Shown: positions 9,224 through 19,585, counted from the whole stretch's first letter. The stretch is 62,731 nucleotides of DNA, filler included, from Thermodesulfobacteriota bacterium (GCA_036381125.1; 9 parts of 9 records of this genome joined end to end with filler, not necessarily neighbours in it); one strand, 5' to 3'. The notes: generated by a model not told the origin, from the letters alone. Program-made: numbers and translations.

Positions 9224-10618
9224 ATGTGGCTCGACGGCGGCACGTTCCTCGGCATCCGCACCTCGACCCTCGGCGCGGTCGCGGCCGTTCTCGTCGTCGC
9301 CGCGATCTGCGACGGCGTCCTGCGTCGGCTCGTCCGGCGCCGTGTCGTCCGAGACGAGGCCGCCGCGGCCGGCGCGACGCCGTCCCGCCGCGAGTGGCTC
9401 CACTGGTTCCACCGCGGCCTCAAGGAGGCGATCCGGCCGCTCTCCGTGCTGATCTGGCTGACCGCGGGGCACGCGGCGGCGTCGCTGCTCCTCGAGGACC
9501 TCGCCCGTCTCGGCGTCACCCCCGGCGTCGCGAGCGCGGTCGGCTGGATCGCGGGCGCCGGCCGGGTCGCGACCCTGGCGTGGCTCATGGCCCGCCTGGG
9601 GCGGGTCGTCGACGCGTACTGCGTGGCGTACGCGGCGAAGAGCGCCGGGACCTGGGACGACGCGCTGCTTCCCGTCGCGGGCAAGGCCGTACGGATCCTC
9701 CTGCCGCTCCTGGCGCTGATCCTCGGCGTGCCGGCCCTCCCGGTGCCCGAGGGGCTCGGCGTCGTGGTGCGGAACGGCCTGAGCCTCGTCCTGATCGGCA
9801 CGGTCGCCTTCCTCGTGTACCAGCTCGTCGTGGCGGCCGAGGCGCTCATCCTCACCCGCTACCGCATCGACGTCGGCGACAACCTCAGGGCGCGGATGGT
9901 CTACACGCAGGTGACCGTGCTCAAGAAGGTTGCGCTGGTGATCATCGGCGTCTTCACCCTGGCCTCGATGCTGATGGTGTTCGACCCGGTCCGGCAGCTC
10001 GGGACGAGCATCCTGGCGTCGGCCGGGATCGCCGGCATCATCGTCGGGTTCGCGGCCCAGCGGAGCATCGCCACGCTGCTCGCGGGTCTGCAGATCGCCG
10101 TCACCCAGCCGATCCGCATCGACGACGTGGTCATCGTCGAGAACGAGTGGGGCCGGATCGAGGACATCACGCTCACCTACGTCGTCGTGCGCATCTGGGA
10201 CCAGCGGCGGCTGGTGCTGCCGATCACGTACTTCATCGAGAAGCCGTTCCAGAACTGGACGCGCACCTCGTCGGAGATCCTCGGCACGGTGTTCCTCCAC
10301 GTCGACTACCGCGCGCCGCTCGACGCGCTCCGGAAGGAGCTCGACCGGATCCTCGCCGAGTCGCCCCACTGGGACGGCCGGGTCAAGGTCCTGCAGGTCA
10401 CCGACGCCAAGCCGCACACGCTCGAGGTGCGCGCCCTGGCGAGCGCGGCCGACGCCTCGCGTGCGTGGGACCTCCGGTGCGAGGTGCGCGAGAAGCTGAT
10501 CCGGTTCCTGCAGCAGCACTACCCCGACAGCCTGCCGCGGATCCGGGCCGAGCTGCAGTCGGTCCCGCAGGCGGCCGCGGTCCAGGCCGGCCACGACGCC
10601 GGTCCACACGCCGGGTAA
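9224..10618 (+). CDS. mscS: Small-conductance mechanosensitive channel
   Basis: GTSILASAGIAGIIVGFAAQ, QPIRIDDVVIVENEWGRIEDITLTYVVVRIWDQRRLVLP, FQNWTR. Confidence 0.9.
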   Translation: MWLDGGTFLGIRTSTLGAVAAVLVVAAICDGVLRRLVRRRVVRDEAAAAGATPSRREWLHWFHRGLKEAIRPLSVLIWLTAGHAAASLLLEDLARLGVTPGVASAVGWIAGAGRVATLAWLMARLGRVVDAYCVAYAAKSAGTWDDALLPVAGKAVRILLPLLALILGVPALPVPEGLGVVVRNGLSLVLIGTVAFLVYQLVVAAEALILTRYRIDVGDNLRARMVYTQVTVLKKVALVIIGVFTLASMLMVFDPVRQLGTSILASAGIAGIIVGFAAQRSIATLLAGLQIAVTQPIRIDDVVIVENEWGRIEDITLTYVVVRIWDQRRLVLPITYFIEKPFQNWTRTSSEILGTVFLHVDYRAPLDALRKELDRILAESPHWDGRVKVLQVTDAKPHTLEVRALASAADASRAWDLRCEVREKLIRFLQQHYPDSLPRIRAELQSVPQAAAVQAGHDAGPHAG

Positions 10619-11083
10619 CGCGGGCCCGTTCGCCTCGCGCCGGGGGCCCTCCCGTCGGACCCGGTGAGCGCCTGCGGCCCCCTGGCGCGTCCCGTGCGGC
10701 ACGGCCGGCGACGCCGAGGAGGACGGTTGCCCGGGCGACGCTCGCGAGGCGCGGCACGCCCCCGAGGAGACCGCCCCGGACGTCGGGTTGCCGCGTGCGG
10801 ACGAGGCTCGCTGCGCCTCGGCGCGCCCCGGCGGCTCGCCGGTCCTGTTGCACGTCGGCTCGCTCACCTGACCGGCCGCCGCCGGCTCGCTCGAGCCGCC
10901 GAAGACGCTCCTCGCGCCGCCGACGTTGCGCGCGAGGCCGCTGCCGGCGTCGGCGAGGGCCGCATCGGCGCGTTGTGCCGCGGCTCCTCTTCGAGCGCCC
11001 TCTCCGGACGCAAGCGAGGATGGTCGTCGAGGTCCGCTGCCGCCGGGCGCCGCTATACTGAGCGCTCCAGCGGAGGTCGGGTC

Positions 11084-12461
11084 ATGGTGCCGACGGACCC
11101 CGGGAGCGCCCGCGAGGAGCCCCCTCGCGCGAGCGCCGACGAACTCGCCCGCGAGGTCGACCGGCTTCGCATCGACCGGGCTCCGGCCGGTCGCCGCCGC
11201 GTGCGGCGGCTCGGGCGGCTCTGGCTGCCGGCCGTCCTCCTGTGCGCCGTCGGCGCCGCGCTCCTCTACCCGCGGCTCGCCACCGTCACGGTCGAGGCGG
11301 CGCCGGTCGAGCGGGTGGACCCGGTCGAGGCGGCGGAGGTCCTCACCGCCGGCGGCTACGTCGTCGCGCGGAACAAGGTCGACGTCTCGTCCCAGATGAC
11401 CGGCCGCATCGAGGCGCTCCTGGTGGAGGAGGGGCAGCGGGTCGAGCAGGGGGCCGTCCTGGCCCGTCTCGACGCCGGCGACCTCCGCGCGCAGCTCGCA
11501 CAGGCCGAGGCGGCGGTCGAGGCCGCCCGCGCCCGTCTCGCCGAGCTGACGGCCGGATCGCGCCCCCAGGAGATCGCCGCCGCGCGGGCCGAGGTGGCCG
11601 AGGCGCGAGCGCGCGTGACCAACGCCGAGGGGGACCTCGCGCGCATGCGGCGCCTGCACGAGGCGCGGATCGTCGCCCGCCGCGAGCTCGAGCAGGCCGA
11701 GCGCGACGCCCTGGTGGCGCGCGCCCGGCTCAGGGCGGCCCGGGAGCGGGCCGCGCTCGTCGAGATCGGCCCCAGGCCCGAGCAGGTGGCGCGGGCGCGC
11801 GCCGAGGTGGCCCAGGCACGGGCGAACGCCGCGTACACGGCCGCGCTCCTCGACAAGACGGTCATTCGCGCGCCGATGAGCGGGACGGTCGTCGAGAAGC
11901 TCGTCGAGGTGGGCGAGACCGTAACGACCGCCTTCATCGGCGAGCGGGGCGCCAAGAGCGCCCTCGTCTCCATGGCCGACCTGAACGACCTCCAGGTCGA
12001 GGCCGACGTGAACGAGGCCGACATCCGCAAGCTCGCCATGGGCCAGCCGGCCATGGTGGTGCCCGACGCGTACCCCGACCGCTCCTACCCGGCCGAGCTG
12101 GAGGAGATCGCCCCGCGGGCCGACCGGCAGAAGGCGACCATCCGGGTGAAGGTCGAGATCCTCGAGCCCGACGCGCTGCTGCGGCCCGAGATGAGCGCGA
12201 AGGTCGTGTTCCTCGAGGCGGCGCTGCCCGAGGGGGCCCGGGCGCGCGTCCTCGCGCCACGGGCCGCGGTGACCGAGCGCAACGGGCGCACCGGGGTCTT
12301 CGTCGTGGGCGACGGCGGCACGGCGGCCTTCGTGCCGATCACCGTGGCGGCCGGGGCGGAGGAGGGGGATCGGGTGGAGGCCGCCTCGGGCCTCGTCGGC
12401 GGGGAGCGGGTCGTCGTGGCTCCGCCCGACCGTCTCCAGTCGGGCGGCGCCGTGGCCGTCG
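11084..12461 (+). CDS. Efflux periplasmic adaptor subunit, MacA-like (3' partial)
   Basis: N-terminal TM, GRIEALLVEEGQRVEQG, coiled-coil hairpin, IRAPMSGTV, LRPEMSAKV; GGAGG RBS. Confidence 0.9.
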
Positions 12462-12561
12462 NNNNNNNNNNNNNNNNNNNNNNNNNNNNNNNNNNNNNNN
12501 NNNNNTTAATTAATTAANNNNNNNNNNNNNNNNNNNNNNNNNNNNNNNNNNNNNNNNNNNN
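12462..12561. other. Artificial contig spacer
   Basis: N-run with TTAATTAATTAA. Confidence 0.99.
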
Positions 12562-12652
12562 GCTCTCCGTGGCCCTCTCGCTCGCGGCGGCGCTGGTCCA
12601 CCTGCCGATCGCGGAGCGACCCGCGCGGCCGGCGCTCGCGACGGCGCCGTGA
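12562..12652 (+). CDS. C-terminal fragment of a probable MFS transporter
   Basis: LSVALSLAAALVHLPIAERP* is typical of a last MFS helix; GTGA overlap with the next ORF. Confidence 0.5.
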
Positions 12653-13158
12653 GCGGACGGCCGCACCGGCTCGCCGCGGCGCTCGGCGCGGCGCTGCTCG
12701 CGCTCTGGCTCGGCGCCGTGGCGTTCGCGCTCCGCGCGGCGGACCACGAGACCGGCACGCTGGTCGTGCTGTTCCGGCCCGGCGCGGCCCCGCTCGCGGA
12801 GGCGTCGCCCGGGGCCGAGGGCGCCCGCGCGGCCTGGCTCCCCTTCGCCCGGGTGGTCACGTCCGACGAGCCTCGCCTCGCCGGCCGACTCAGGCGCGAC
12901 GGGGCGCTCGCCGTGTTCAGGACGATCCCGTTCTCGCCGGCCATCGGCGGCTGCATGATCGCCGCCGGCCGCCACGAGGCCCACGCGCGGCCCCCCGGCG
13001 CGGCCGACCGAGACGATCCACGTCCGAGGCGGCCTACCTCGCGGCGGAGTCCGGCCGCCGAAGCTGCCGCGCGTCGCCCCCGCCTCGCCGCGACATCGGC
13101 CAGTAGCGGAGCGCCGGCGGCACGACCGGGAGGATCCCCCGCACGGCGCGCGCCATGA
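12649..13158 (+). CDS. Hypothetical membrane-anchored protein (3' end doubtful)
   Basis: N-terminal TM; coupled to the upstream stop; low-complexity tail overlaps the convergent gene by 125 bp. Confidence 0.45.
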   Translation: MSGRPHRLAAALGAALLALWLGAVAFALRAADHETGTLVVLFRPGAAPLAEASPGAEGARAAWLPFARVVTSDEPRLAGRLRRDGALAVFRTIPFSPAIGGCMIAAGRHEAHARPPGAADRDDPRPRRPTSRRSPAAEAAARRPRLAATSASSGAPAARPGGSPARRAP

Positions 13159-13876
13159 GCCGCAGCGCGGTCCGCTGGCCCGCGCTCCACCGGAGGCCGT
13201 AGGCCTCCCGGATCGCGGGGGGCAAGAGCCCCACCGTCGGCAGGCGCGCCGGTGCCAGGAGCGCCCCGATGACCGGCAGGCGCACGGGGTGGAGCACCTC
13301 GCGCGCCAGGGCCCGTGCCGTGTCGGTAACGGCGATCTCGCCGCTCTCCAGCGTGCGCGTCAGGTAGCGTTCCAGCTCCCCGGCGCTGCGCGGCAGGTAG
13401 CCGGCCGGGATGTCGAGGAGCGGCTCGACCCGCGTCGCCTCGGCGCAGTACCGATCGCGCTCGGCCGGGGCCAGCGGCCGCACGAACATGGCGTAGGCTT
13501 CGAGGATCGAGTCGACGAACGTGGCGTGCACCCACCGGAGGAGTCGCGGGTCCCGGGCCGAGTACGCGGTGCCGGCCGGGAAGGGGCCGGCCCGGGCCGG
13601 CAGGCGCCCGTTGACGCGCCGGTGGATGGCGTTGATGCCGGCGGCGACGCGCGCCGCCTCCTCGTCGGTGCCGAAGGTGAGGGTGAGCATGGCGTCGAGC
13701 GTCCGGCGGAGCCGCGCCCACCGGCCCCGCCGGTCGCGGAGGAACCCGCTGTGGGACGCCACGCCCTCGGCGACGAGCGGGTGGGCCACCTGGAGGAGGA
13801 GCGCCCGGCCCCAGCCGGCGAGCAGGACGACCTCCCGGTTGACCGTCCGCGCGAAGGCGGCGCCGTCCGGTCTCAC
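13034..13876 (-). CDS. MpaB/DUF2236 oxygenase-like protein
   Basis: ALLLQVAHPLVAEGV..HS, RLRRT, INAIHRRVNG, YSARDPRLLRWVHAT; GTG overlaps the AKR stop. Confidence 0.85.
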   Translation of the reverse strand: MRPDGAAFARTVNREVVLLAGWGRALLLQVAHPLVAEGVASHSGFLRDRRGRWARLRRTLDAMLTLTFGTDEEAARVAAGINAIHRRVNGRLPARAGPFPAGTAYSARDPRLLRWVHATFVDSILEAYAMFVRPLAPAERDRYCAEATRVEPLLDIPAGYLPRSAGELERYLTRTLESGEIAVTDTARALAREVLHPVRLPVIGALLAPARLPTVGLLPPAIREAYGLRWSAGQRTALRLMARAVRGILPVVPPALRYWPMSRRGGGDARQLRRPDSAAR

Positions 13877-14841
13877 CCGCTCGCCCGGTCGAGCCGCTCC
13901 ATCGACGCCTCGTCGAGCACGAGTCGGGCCGCGGCCAGGATCTCGGTCAACTGCTCGGGCCTCGTCGCGCTGGCGATCGGCGCGGTGACGGCCGGTCGCG
14001 CCGCGAGCCAGGCGAGCGCGACCTGCGCCGGCGTCGCGTCGTACCGGGCGGCGACCTCGTCGAGCGCCTCGAGGACCCGAAGGCCCCTGGCGTCGAGGTA
14101 CTTGCGGACGCCCGCGCCGCGCGGGCTCTTCGACAGGTCCGCCTCCGACCGGTACTTGCCGGTGAGGAAGCCGCCCGCCAGCGCGAAGTAGGGGATGACG
14201 CCGATCCCCTGCTCGACGCAGAGCGGCGCGAGGTCGTCCTCGAAGGGCGTCCGCTCGACGAGGTTGTAGTGGGGCTGCAGGCTCTCGTACCTCGGGTACC
14301 CGTTGCGCTCGCTCGCCCGGAGCGCCTCCCGAAGCCGGTCGGCCGTGTAGTTCGACGCGCCGATCGCCCGCACCTTCCCCTGCCGCACCAGCGCCGCGTA
14401 GGCCTCGAGCGTCTCCTCGAGGGGCGTCTCGGGATCGTCCTGGTGCGACTGGTAGAGGTCGATGCGGTCGGTCCGGAGTCGCCGGAGCGAGTCCTCGGCC
14501 GCCCGCAGGATGTAGGCCTTCGACAACCCCTTCGCGCCGGGCGCCATCTCGGAGCCGACCTTCGTGGCCAGCACCACCCGATCGCGCTTGCCGCTCCGCG
14601 CGAACCAGCGGCCGATGATCGTCTCCGACTCGCCGCCGCGGTTGCCGGGGGCCCACTTCGAGTAGACGTCGGCCGTGTCGATCAGGTTGAACCCGGCATC
14701 GACGAAGGCGTCGAGCAGCCGGAAGGCGGTCGGCTCGTCCACCGTCCAGCCGAAGACGTTGGCGCCGAAGGCGATCGGTGCGACCGCAAGCCCCGAACGA
14801 CCGAGCGGACGATAGGTGACGGCGTTGCGCGACGCGATCAT
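13873..14841 (-). CDS. Aldo/keto reductase
   Basis: IDTADVY, SETIIGRW, LATKVG, SLRRLRTDRIDLYQSH, GKVRAIGASNY. Confidence 0.95.
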   Translation of the reverse strand: MIASRNAVTYRPLGRSGLAVAPIAFGANVFGWTVDEPTAFRLLDAFVDAGFNLIDTADVYSKWAPGNRGGESETIIGRWFARSGKRDRVVLATKVGSEMAPGAKGLSKAYILRAAEDSLRRLRTDRIDLYQSHQDDPETPLEETLEAYAALVRQGKVRAIGASNYTADRLREALRASERNGYPRYESLQPHYNLVERTPFEDDLAPLCVEQGIGVIPYFALAGGFLTGKYRSEADLSKSPRGAGVRKYLDARGLRVLEALDEVAARYDATPAQVALAWLAARPAVTAPIASATRPEQLTEILAAARLVLDEASMERLDRASG

Positions 14842-14950
14842 GCCTCATCCTGCACGAGCCGTGATGGTCGCGCAAGCCCGGCCCCCGGGGGCCGCCGGTC
14901 GAGCCCGGGCGTGCCGCGAGCGAGGCCGCGGCATGCTACGCTCCGCCTCC

Positions 14951-15772
14951 ATGCCGCGCATGCTCGCGACCGTCCTCCTCGCGCTGGCGATCGGCTACGC
15001 CGTCCTGCTGGTGCTCGTGTACGTGTTCCAGTCGCGGCTCGTCTACTTCCCCGACGTCGGGCGGGGCGTCGCGACGACGCCGGCGGCGTACGGTCTCCCC
15101 TTCGAGACGCACGAGATCGAGACCGAGGACGGCGAGCGGCTCCACGCGTGGTGGGTCCCGGTCCGCGACGCGCGGGGCACGGCCCTCGTCTTCCACGGCA
15201 ACGCCGGCAACATCTCGCACCGGATCGGCTACCTGCAGATGTTCCACCGCCTCGGCTACGCGAGCCTGATCGTCGACTACCGCGGCTACGGGCAGAGCAC
15301 CGGCAGGCCCTCGGAGGACGGGACCTACCGCGACGCCGAGGCCGCCTGGCGGTGGCTCGTCGCGCGCGGCGTCGCGCCGACGGACGTCGTCCTCGTGGGG
15401 GAGTCGCTGGGCGGAGCGGTGGCCGCCTGGCTCGCCGCTCGGGTCACGCCGCGCGCCCTGGTCCTCCTGTCGACCTTCACCTCGGTGCCCGACCTCGGGG
15501 CCGAGGTCTATCCCTTCCTTCCCGTGCACCTCCTCAGCCGGTTCTCCTACGACACGCTCGGCGCGCTCCGGCGGGTCGAGGCGCCGGTGCTCGTGGCGCA
15601 CAGCCGCGACGACGAGGTCGTGCCGTACCGGCACGGCCTCGCGCTCTTCGCCGCGGCGCGCGAGCCGAAGCGGTTCCTCGAGATGCACGGCGGCCACAAC
15701 GAGGGCGTCCTCTACACGCGCGAGGCGTGGGTTGCCGAGCTAGGGGCCTTCCTGGAGCGCACGGTCCGGTAG
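14951..15772 (+). CDS. Alpha/beta hydrolase with N-terminal TM
   Basis: FHGNAGN, DYRGYGQS, GESLGG, HSRDDEVVP, GGHN. Confidence 0.9.
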   Translation: MPRMLATVLLALAIGYAVLLVLVYVFQSRLVYFPDVGRGVATTPAAYGLPFETHEIETEDGERLHAWWVPVRDARGTALVFHGNAGNISHRIGYLQMFHRLGYASLIVDYRGYGQSTGRPSEDGTYRDAEAAWRWLVARGVAPTDVVLVGESLGGAVAAWLAARVTPRALVLLSTFTSVPDLGAEVYPFLPVHLLSRFSYDTLGALRRVEAPVLVAHSRDDEVVPYRHGLALFAAAREPKRFLEMHGGHNEGVLYTREAWVAELGAFLERTVR

Positions 15773-16705
15773 CGTCCGGCGGACCGCGCCGGGCGGGACG
15801 CCGATGACCCGCTTGAAGGCGCGGCTGAACGCGGCCTCCGACTCGTAGCCGAGCCGGCTCGCCAGCTCGCCGATCCGTGCGCCGTCCCTGAGCCGGGTCA
15901 GCGCGACGTGCATCCGCCAGCGTGCCACGTAGCGCATCGCCGGCTCCCCGACGAGCTGCGTGAAGCGGGCGGCGAACGCCGATCGCGACATGGCGACCTC
16001 GGCCGCCAGCGAGGCCACCGTCCAGGGACGCGCGGGATCGCGGTGGACGAGCGAGAGGGCGCGGCCGATCTGCCGGTCGCGCAGCGCGCCGAGCCAGCCG
16101 GTCCGCGCCGCGGACGCCCGCTCGAGCCACGACCTGATCGCCTGGATCACCAGGACGTCCGCCAGGCGGGTGACGATCGCCTCCCCGCCCGGCCGAAGCT
16201 CCCGCGCCTCGGCCGCCATGAGGCGCAGCGTGCTCTGGACCCAGTCCGCGTGCGGCGAGCCCCAGACGTCGACGACGATCAGCGCCGGCAGCAGCGTGAC
16301 CAGGTGCCGCGCGGCCGGGTGGTCGAAGCGGACCGCGCCGCAGACGATGCTCGTGGCCGCCCCCCCTCCGCCGTGCCGGAGCAGCTCGTACCGCTCGCCG
16401 ACCTCCTCGCGCGGCAGGTCGAACAGCCTCGCCGCCGCCGCTCCGGGCTCGCTCGCGAGCCGGTGCCCCTCGCCCCGCGGCACGAGCGCGAGGTCGCCGG
16501 GGCCAAGCTCGCGGCGCTCCGCGCCCTCGACCTCGAGCCAGCAGCGACCCACCGTGACGACGTGGAACATCAGGCAGTCCGGCATCGGCGGCAGCGCGAG
16601 GCCCCACGGCGCGGTGAACTCCGAGCGGCAGTAGAAGGCGCCGCTCATCCGCAGGAAGTGCAACGCCTCGCCGAGGGGGTCGACCGGGGTCCACGGGTCG
16701 GTCAT
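15740..16705 (-). CDS. AraC family regulator (Cupin_6 + HTH)
   Basis: DPLGEAL, FHVVTVG, WTVASLAAEVAMSRSAFAARF, LGYESEAAFSRAFKR. Confidence 0.92.
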   Translation of the reverse strand: MTDPWTPVDPLGEALHFLRMSGAFYCRSEFTAPWGLALPPMPDCLMFHVVTVGRCWLEVEGAERRELGPGDLALVPRGEGHRLASEPGAAAARLFDLPREEVGERYELLRHGGGGAATSIVCGAVRFDHPAARHLVTLLPALIVVDVWGSPHADWVQSTLRLMAAEARELRPGGEAIVTRLADVLVIQAIRSWLERASAARTGWLGALRDRQIGRALSLVHRDPARPWTVASLAAEVAMSRSAFAARFTQLVGEPAMRYVARWRMHVALTRLRDGARIGELASRLGYESEAAFSRAFKRVIGVPPGAVRRTLPDRALQEGP

Positions 16706-16748
16706 GGCCCGAGTATGCGCCGGAGGGCACCGGGCGTCCACCGATCTG

Positions 16749-16782
16749 GACGAACGAGCATCGAATGGCGACGCGCAGGCAT
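16749..16782 (+). promoter_or_regulatory. Candidate AraC tandem binding sites
   Basis: GACG-N5-GCAT at 16749 and 16770 (21-bp period), upstream of CATAGT at 16805. Confidence 0.45.
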
Positions 16783-16857
16783 GGCGGCGCCGGGCCGTGC
16801 ACCCCATAGTGGACGCGTGCACGCCGGCCACGGCGGGATCGAACCGAGGAGGACGAC

Positions 16858-17745
16858 ATGATCGCGGTGATGGGCGCGACCGGACACACGGGCAGGCAGA
16901 TCGCCGAGGCGCTGCTCGCGGCGGGCGAGAGGGTGCGCGCGCTCGGCCGGTCGCCTGGCAAGCTGGCCGAGCTGGAGCGCGCCGGGGCCGAGGTGCTCGC
17001 CGGCGACGCGGCGGACGCCCCCTTCCTGACCCGCGCCTTTCGCGGCGCCGACGCGGTCTACACGCTGCTGCCGACCGACCGGCAGTCGCCCGACTACCTC
17101 GCGAGGCAGCGGCAGGAAGGCGAGGCCGCCGTGGAGGCGATCCGCGCGAGCGGCGTCCGGCACGTCGTCTTCCTGAGCAGCCTCGGCGCGGACCTCGGCG
17201 AGGGGACCGGGCTCATCGCCGGCCTGCACGCGCAGGAGGCGCGCCTCGCGCGGCTTCCAGGGGTGAACCTGCTCCTCCTTCGCCCCGTCTCCTTCTTCGA
17301 GAACTTCTACGAGCAGCTCCCGCTCGTCCGGCAGCAGGGGATCGTCGCCGACTCGGTCGCGCCGGACCTCCCCCACCCGATGGTCGCGACCCGAGACATC
17401 GCCGAGGTCGCCGCGAAGGCGCTACGGGCCCGCGACTGGACCGGCACCGTCGTGCGCGAGCTTCTCGGGCCGCTCGACCTCACGCACGCCGAGGCGACGC
17501 GCATCCTCGGCGCGCGCATCGCCAGGCCGGATCTCGCCTACGTCCAGCTCTCCTGCGAGGAGATGGTCGGGGCGCTCGTCCAGGCCGGCGCCTCAGAGAG
17601 CTTCGCCCGCCTCTACGTGGAGATGACGCGCGCCTTCAACGAGGGGCGCGTCGCGGCGCGCGTCGGCCGGACCCCCGAAACCGCCACACCCACGCGGTTC
17701 GAGGACTTCGCCGCCGAACTCGCGCAGGCCTACCAGGCAACGTAA
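16858..17745 (+). CDS. NmrA/NAD(P)H-binding protein
   Basis: MIAVMGATGHTG Rossmann motif, VVFLSSLGA, LRPVSFFEN; GAGGAGG RBS. Confidence 0.92.
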   Translation: MIAVMGATGHTGRQIAEALLAAGERVRALGRSPGKLAELERAGAEVLAGDAADAPFLTRAFRGADAVYTLLPTDRQSPDYLARQRQEGEAAVEAIRASGVRHVVFLSSLGADLGEGTGLIAGLHAQEARLARLPGVNLLLLRPVSFFENFYEQLPLVRQQGIVADSVAPDLPHPMVATRDIAEVAAKALRARDWTGTVVRELLGPLDLTHAEATRILGARIARPDLAYVQLSCEEMVGALVQAGASESFARLYVEMTRAFNEGRVAARVGRTPETATPTRFEDFAAELAQAYQAT

Positions 17746-17755
17746 CGCGCACCAT

Positions 17756-17905
17756 GGGGTCAGGTCTTTCCATTTTCCACGGGGTCAGGTCTTTCCGTTT
17801 TCCACGGGGTCAGGTCTCAACGTTTTCCAGGGGGTCTGACCCCGCTCGTTTTCCAGGGGGTCAGGTCTTTCCGTTTTCCAGGGGGTCAGGTCTCAACGTT
17901 TTCCG
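17756..17905. repeat. Tandem array of six 25-26 bp units (GGGGTCAGGTCT....GTTTTCCAS)
   Basis: Units start at 17756, 17781, 17806, 17831, 17857 and 17882; unit 4 contains palindrome GGGGTCTGACCCC. Confidence 0.95.
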
Positions 17906-18076
17906 CGCCTGGCGCCGGTCGGTCGACGACGGCACCCTGGGCATAGGCGACGAGATCGCCACGTCACGAGACTTCGCGGACGACGCCTCGTCCCTTGTCG
18001 TGTTACGCACGTCGTGGCCCGGGGTGAGTCCGGCCGCGCCTCCTCCTGTCGCCGCTCCGCAGTCTCGGCGCGCCGG

Positions 18077-18399
18077 TCAGGTTCTGCCGCGCCGGGCTCC
18101 CGACCGCCTGGCGGCTCCCCCGCCCCCCGGCGCCCCTCCGAGCGCGCCGACCTGGGCGGCGAGCCGTTCCCGGATCCCCGAGCAGACCAGCTCGCAGAGG
18201 GTAAAGACCACCGGGTCGGCGATCGAGTAGAAGGCGCTCGTCTTCTCCTGCCGGCGCACGACGAGCCCGGTGTCCTGAAGGACCTTCAGGTGTTTCGATA
18301 CGTTCGGCTGGGTCGTCCCGATGTGGCGTGCCAGCTCCGATACCGAGGCCTCGCCGTCCTGCAGTCGCTGGAGCAGTTTCAGGCGGACCGGCTCGCCGA
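18077..18399 (-). CDS. ArsR/SmtB family regulator (5' partial)
   Basis: EPVRLKLLQRLQDGEASVSELA..TTQPNVSKHLKVL..GLVVRRQ..FYSIADP..LCELVC. Confidence 0.9.
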
Positions 18400-18499
18400 N
18401 NNNNNNNNNNNNNNNNNNNNNNNNNNNNNNNNNNNNNNNNNNNTTAATTAATTAANNNNNNNNNNNNNNNNNNNNNNNNNNNNNNNNNNNNNNNNNNNN
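18400..18499. other. Artificial contig spacer
   Basis: N-run with TTAATTAATTAA. Confidence 0.99.
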
Positions 18500-19180
18500 G
18501 CCGACGCGGGCCGCCCAGGGGCCGGCCGCGTTCACGACCAGCCGCGTGGCCAGCCGCCGGCCGCCCCGCGTCGTGACCCCCGCCACCCGCCCGCCGTCGA
18601 CCTCGATGCCGGTCACCTCGTCGGTGAGCCACTCGGCGCCCAGGCGGCGCGCCGCCCGCTCGAAGCTCGCCTGGACCTGGCGCGGCTCGATCAGCCCGTC
18701 GCGGCGGCCGAGGATGCCGAAGCGGATGCCGCCGAGGTCGAGTTCCGGCAGGCGGAGCAGGATCCGGGCGCGGTCGAGACGCTCGACCGGGACGCCGGCG
18801 GCGCGGTTCGCCTCGTAGCGCCGCAGCAGCGCCGGCCCGTTGCGGTCGTCCGCGAGGAAGAGGTACCCGACGGGACGGTAGCCGCTCTCGCCGGGGACCC
18901 CGTCGACGGCGAGCAGGTCGGCGAACCGCTCGTAGACGTCGATGGAGTGCCGGGCGAGGGCGAGGTTTGCCGGGTGGGCGAACTGCTCGCGGACGCCCCC
19001 GGTCGCCAGGGCGAAGGCCGCGCGGACGAACTCCGGGTCGCGCTCGACGACGACCACGCGTGCCGGCCGCCCGCCGGCCGGGGCGCCGGGGCGGCCCTCG
19101 GCCACGAGATGATAGGCGATCGAGGCGCCGAGGACGCCTCCTCCGACGATGACGACGTCAGCGGTCTCGATGGCGGTCAT
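18500..19180 (-). CDS. FAD-dependent oxidoreductase, DAO/sarcosine oxidase beta family (3' partial)
   Basis: DVVIVGGGVLGASIAYHL, GGVREQF, VVNAAGPWA. Confidence 0.9.
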
Positions 19181-19223
19181 CGCTGCCCTCCGCTCGTCCG
19201 TCAGACGGTAGCACAGATAGGGC

Positions 19224-19250
19224 TTGACAGACGGGCAGGTCTGGTATGAT
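19224..19250 (+). promoter_or_regulatory. Putative promoter for yggT-divIVA-yggU-SDR
   Basis: Extended -10 TGG-TATGAT (19242-19250) 7 nt before ATG 19258; TTGACA at 19224 with a short 15-nt spacer. Confidence 0.55.
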
Positions 19251-19257
19251 GCGCGCC

Positions 19258-19575
19258 ATGTCGGTCCTCGCGCGGTTCCTCCTGGCCATCGCGAACCTCT
19301 TCGACTCCTTCCTGTGGCTCTACCAGTGGGTCGTCATCATCGCGGTCCTGATCTCCTGGGTGAACCCGAGCCCCTACAACCCCATCGTCCAGTTCCTCAC
19401 CCGTGTCACCCAGCCGGTGTTCGCCTGGGCGCGTCGGACCGTCCCCGGGATGACGCGGCTCATGTTCTCCACCGGCCTCGACCTGTCGCCCATCGTCGTC
19501 CTCGCCATCATCTACATCCTCCGGATGGTGGTGCCGCCAACCATCCGGGACTGGGCGGGCGCGGTCGCCGGCTAG
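19258..19575 (+). CDS. yggT: YggT family membrane protein
   Basis: AVLISWVNPSPYNPIVQFLTRVTQPV, GLDLSPIV. Confidence 0.92.
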   Translation: MSVLARFLLAIANLFDSFLWLYQWVVIIAVLISWVNPSPYNPIVQFLTRVTQPVFAWARRTVPGMTRLMFSTGLDLSPIVVLAIIYILRMVVPPTIRDWAGAVAG

Positions 19576-19585
19576 GGAGCCAACG

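Noticed and set aside
10619-11050. ~430-bp gap between mscS and the adaptor gene as ncRNA or pseudogene
   Set aside because: No recognisable motif, repeat or credible ORF by eye.
7871-11659. 1262-aa minus-strand ORF
   Set aside because: Antisense shadow of mscS and the adaptor gene; only the part from 9010 down is a real regulator.
17756-17905. Possible CRISPR array
   Set aside because: Units are contiguous with no unique spacers, and no cas genes are in the window.
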